A DNA stretch of 49,471 nucleotides from Pseudomonadota bacterium (GTDB lineage Bacteria > Desulfobacterota > Desulfobacteria > Desulfobacterales > JBDRRP01). Below are positions 48,975-49,471 of this stretch, piece after piece. The translations under genes and the position numbers were made by a program. The stretch covers positions 62,001 through 111,471 of the forward strand of contig JBDRRP010000004.1 in the NCBI GenBank assembly GCA_043825735.1. The letters run 5' to 3'. The notes beneath the pieces were generated by a model. The model made no database searches and was not told where the DNA came from. It saw nothing but the letters and a program-made list of their open reading frames with translations. Positions within the stretch are counted from its first letter, which is position 1, and each line of letters begins with the position of its first letter.

Positions 48975-49280
48975 ATGATGACTGCACACCCTGCATACAC
49001 CTCGGCCACCATTTTTGAGAGGACATCTGACTGGAATTTCACGGAAGTGATCATCTCCGGCAGCATGCTTCGGATTTACTATCTGATCGACGGTAAGCGG
49101 AGTATTTCATATATTGGCGAAACGTTGAACGTGACGGATACTGCTCTTCGCCCGGATCTCCAAAAACTCCTTGAATTAAATCTGGTCAAAACGGTTGCGC
49201 TGGCCGCCCCGGCGCAACCTTATTCCCCCGTCCGGTCAAAAATGGGGGATTGCCGCAGAGCGTCCATGGAAGTCGCATAG
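48975..49280 (+). CDS. Small hypothetical protein, possible winged-HTH
   Basis: GGAGG RBS; IDGKRSISYIGETLNV....L...LQKLLELNLV resembles a wHTH pattern. Confidence 0.6.
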   Translation: MMTAHPAYTSATIFERTSDWNFTEVIISGSMLRIYYLIDGKRSISYIGETLNVTDTALRPDLQKLLELNLVKTVALAAPAQPYSPVRSKMGDCRRASMEVA

Positions 49281-49311
49281 CACCGAGGGCACCCACACAC
49301 CACGCCCCCCG

Positions 49312-49471
49312 TCAAGAGCCGAAAAAGACCGAGGGCAGCCAGGTAATGGTGGCCGGAAACATCGCCATGATGAGCAGCCCGATGAGCTGCAGGATCACAA
49401 AGGGGATGATCCCGCGATAGATGTGCATCATGGTAAACTCCGGCGGCGCCACCCCTTTGAAGTAAAACAGC
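49312..49471 (-). CDS. dctM: TRAP transporter large permease (DctM), 3' end only
   Basis: Manual translation LFYFKGVAPPEFTMMHIYRGIIPFVILQLIGLLIMAMFPATITWLPSVFFGS*. Confidence 0.85.
   Translation of the reverse strand, partial: LFYFKGVAPPEFTMMHIYRGIIPFVILQLIGLLIMAMFPATITWLPSVFFGS

Overview
A GC-rich bacterial chromosome segment. Gene content and repeat style suggest Desulfobacterota, probably Desulfobacterales; this is inference, not a database result. The conserved core (17.4-36.4 kb) holds proA, alaS-recA-thpR-DUF39-M23 on the minus strand, and kdsA-kdsC-lptCAB-rpoN-hpf-ptsN-rapZ-EIIA, gap, tpiA, secG and tRNA-Leu(GAG) on the plus strand. The flanks are accessory: three hybrid histidine kinases, a plsC-like gene, an amidinotransferase, HAD, TauE, hisC, a SLOG protein, a class V PLP enzyme, ovoA, an OYE flavoenzyme, an AbrB-VapC toxin-antitoxin pair, an MDR oxidoreductase, a spermidine-synthase-like protein, a radical SAM protein and a partial dctM. 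There is one IS630 with slippery A-runs, and four eroded genes (homocysteine S-methyltransferase, FecR-domain protein, ArgP-like LysR, phosphatidylserine-decarboxylase family); the first and third are not in the ORF track. The most unusual signal is non-coding. Many intergenic spaces are built from a reusable, nested set of modules: outer TTGA..GTAAAAA inverted repeats, inner 8-9-nt periodic palindromes centred on an IHF-consensus site, and 7-mer and 9-mer tandem arrays. Two composite blocks (18.75-19.07 kb and 40.6-41.0 kb) are inverted homologues of each other. No CRISPR array, rRNA or integrase was seen.
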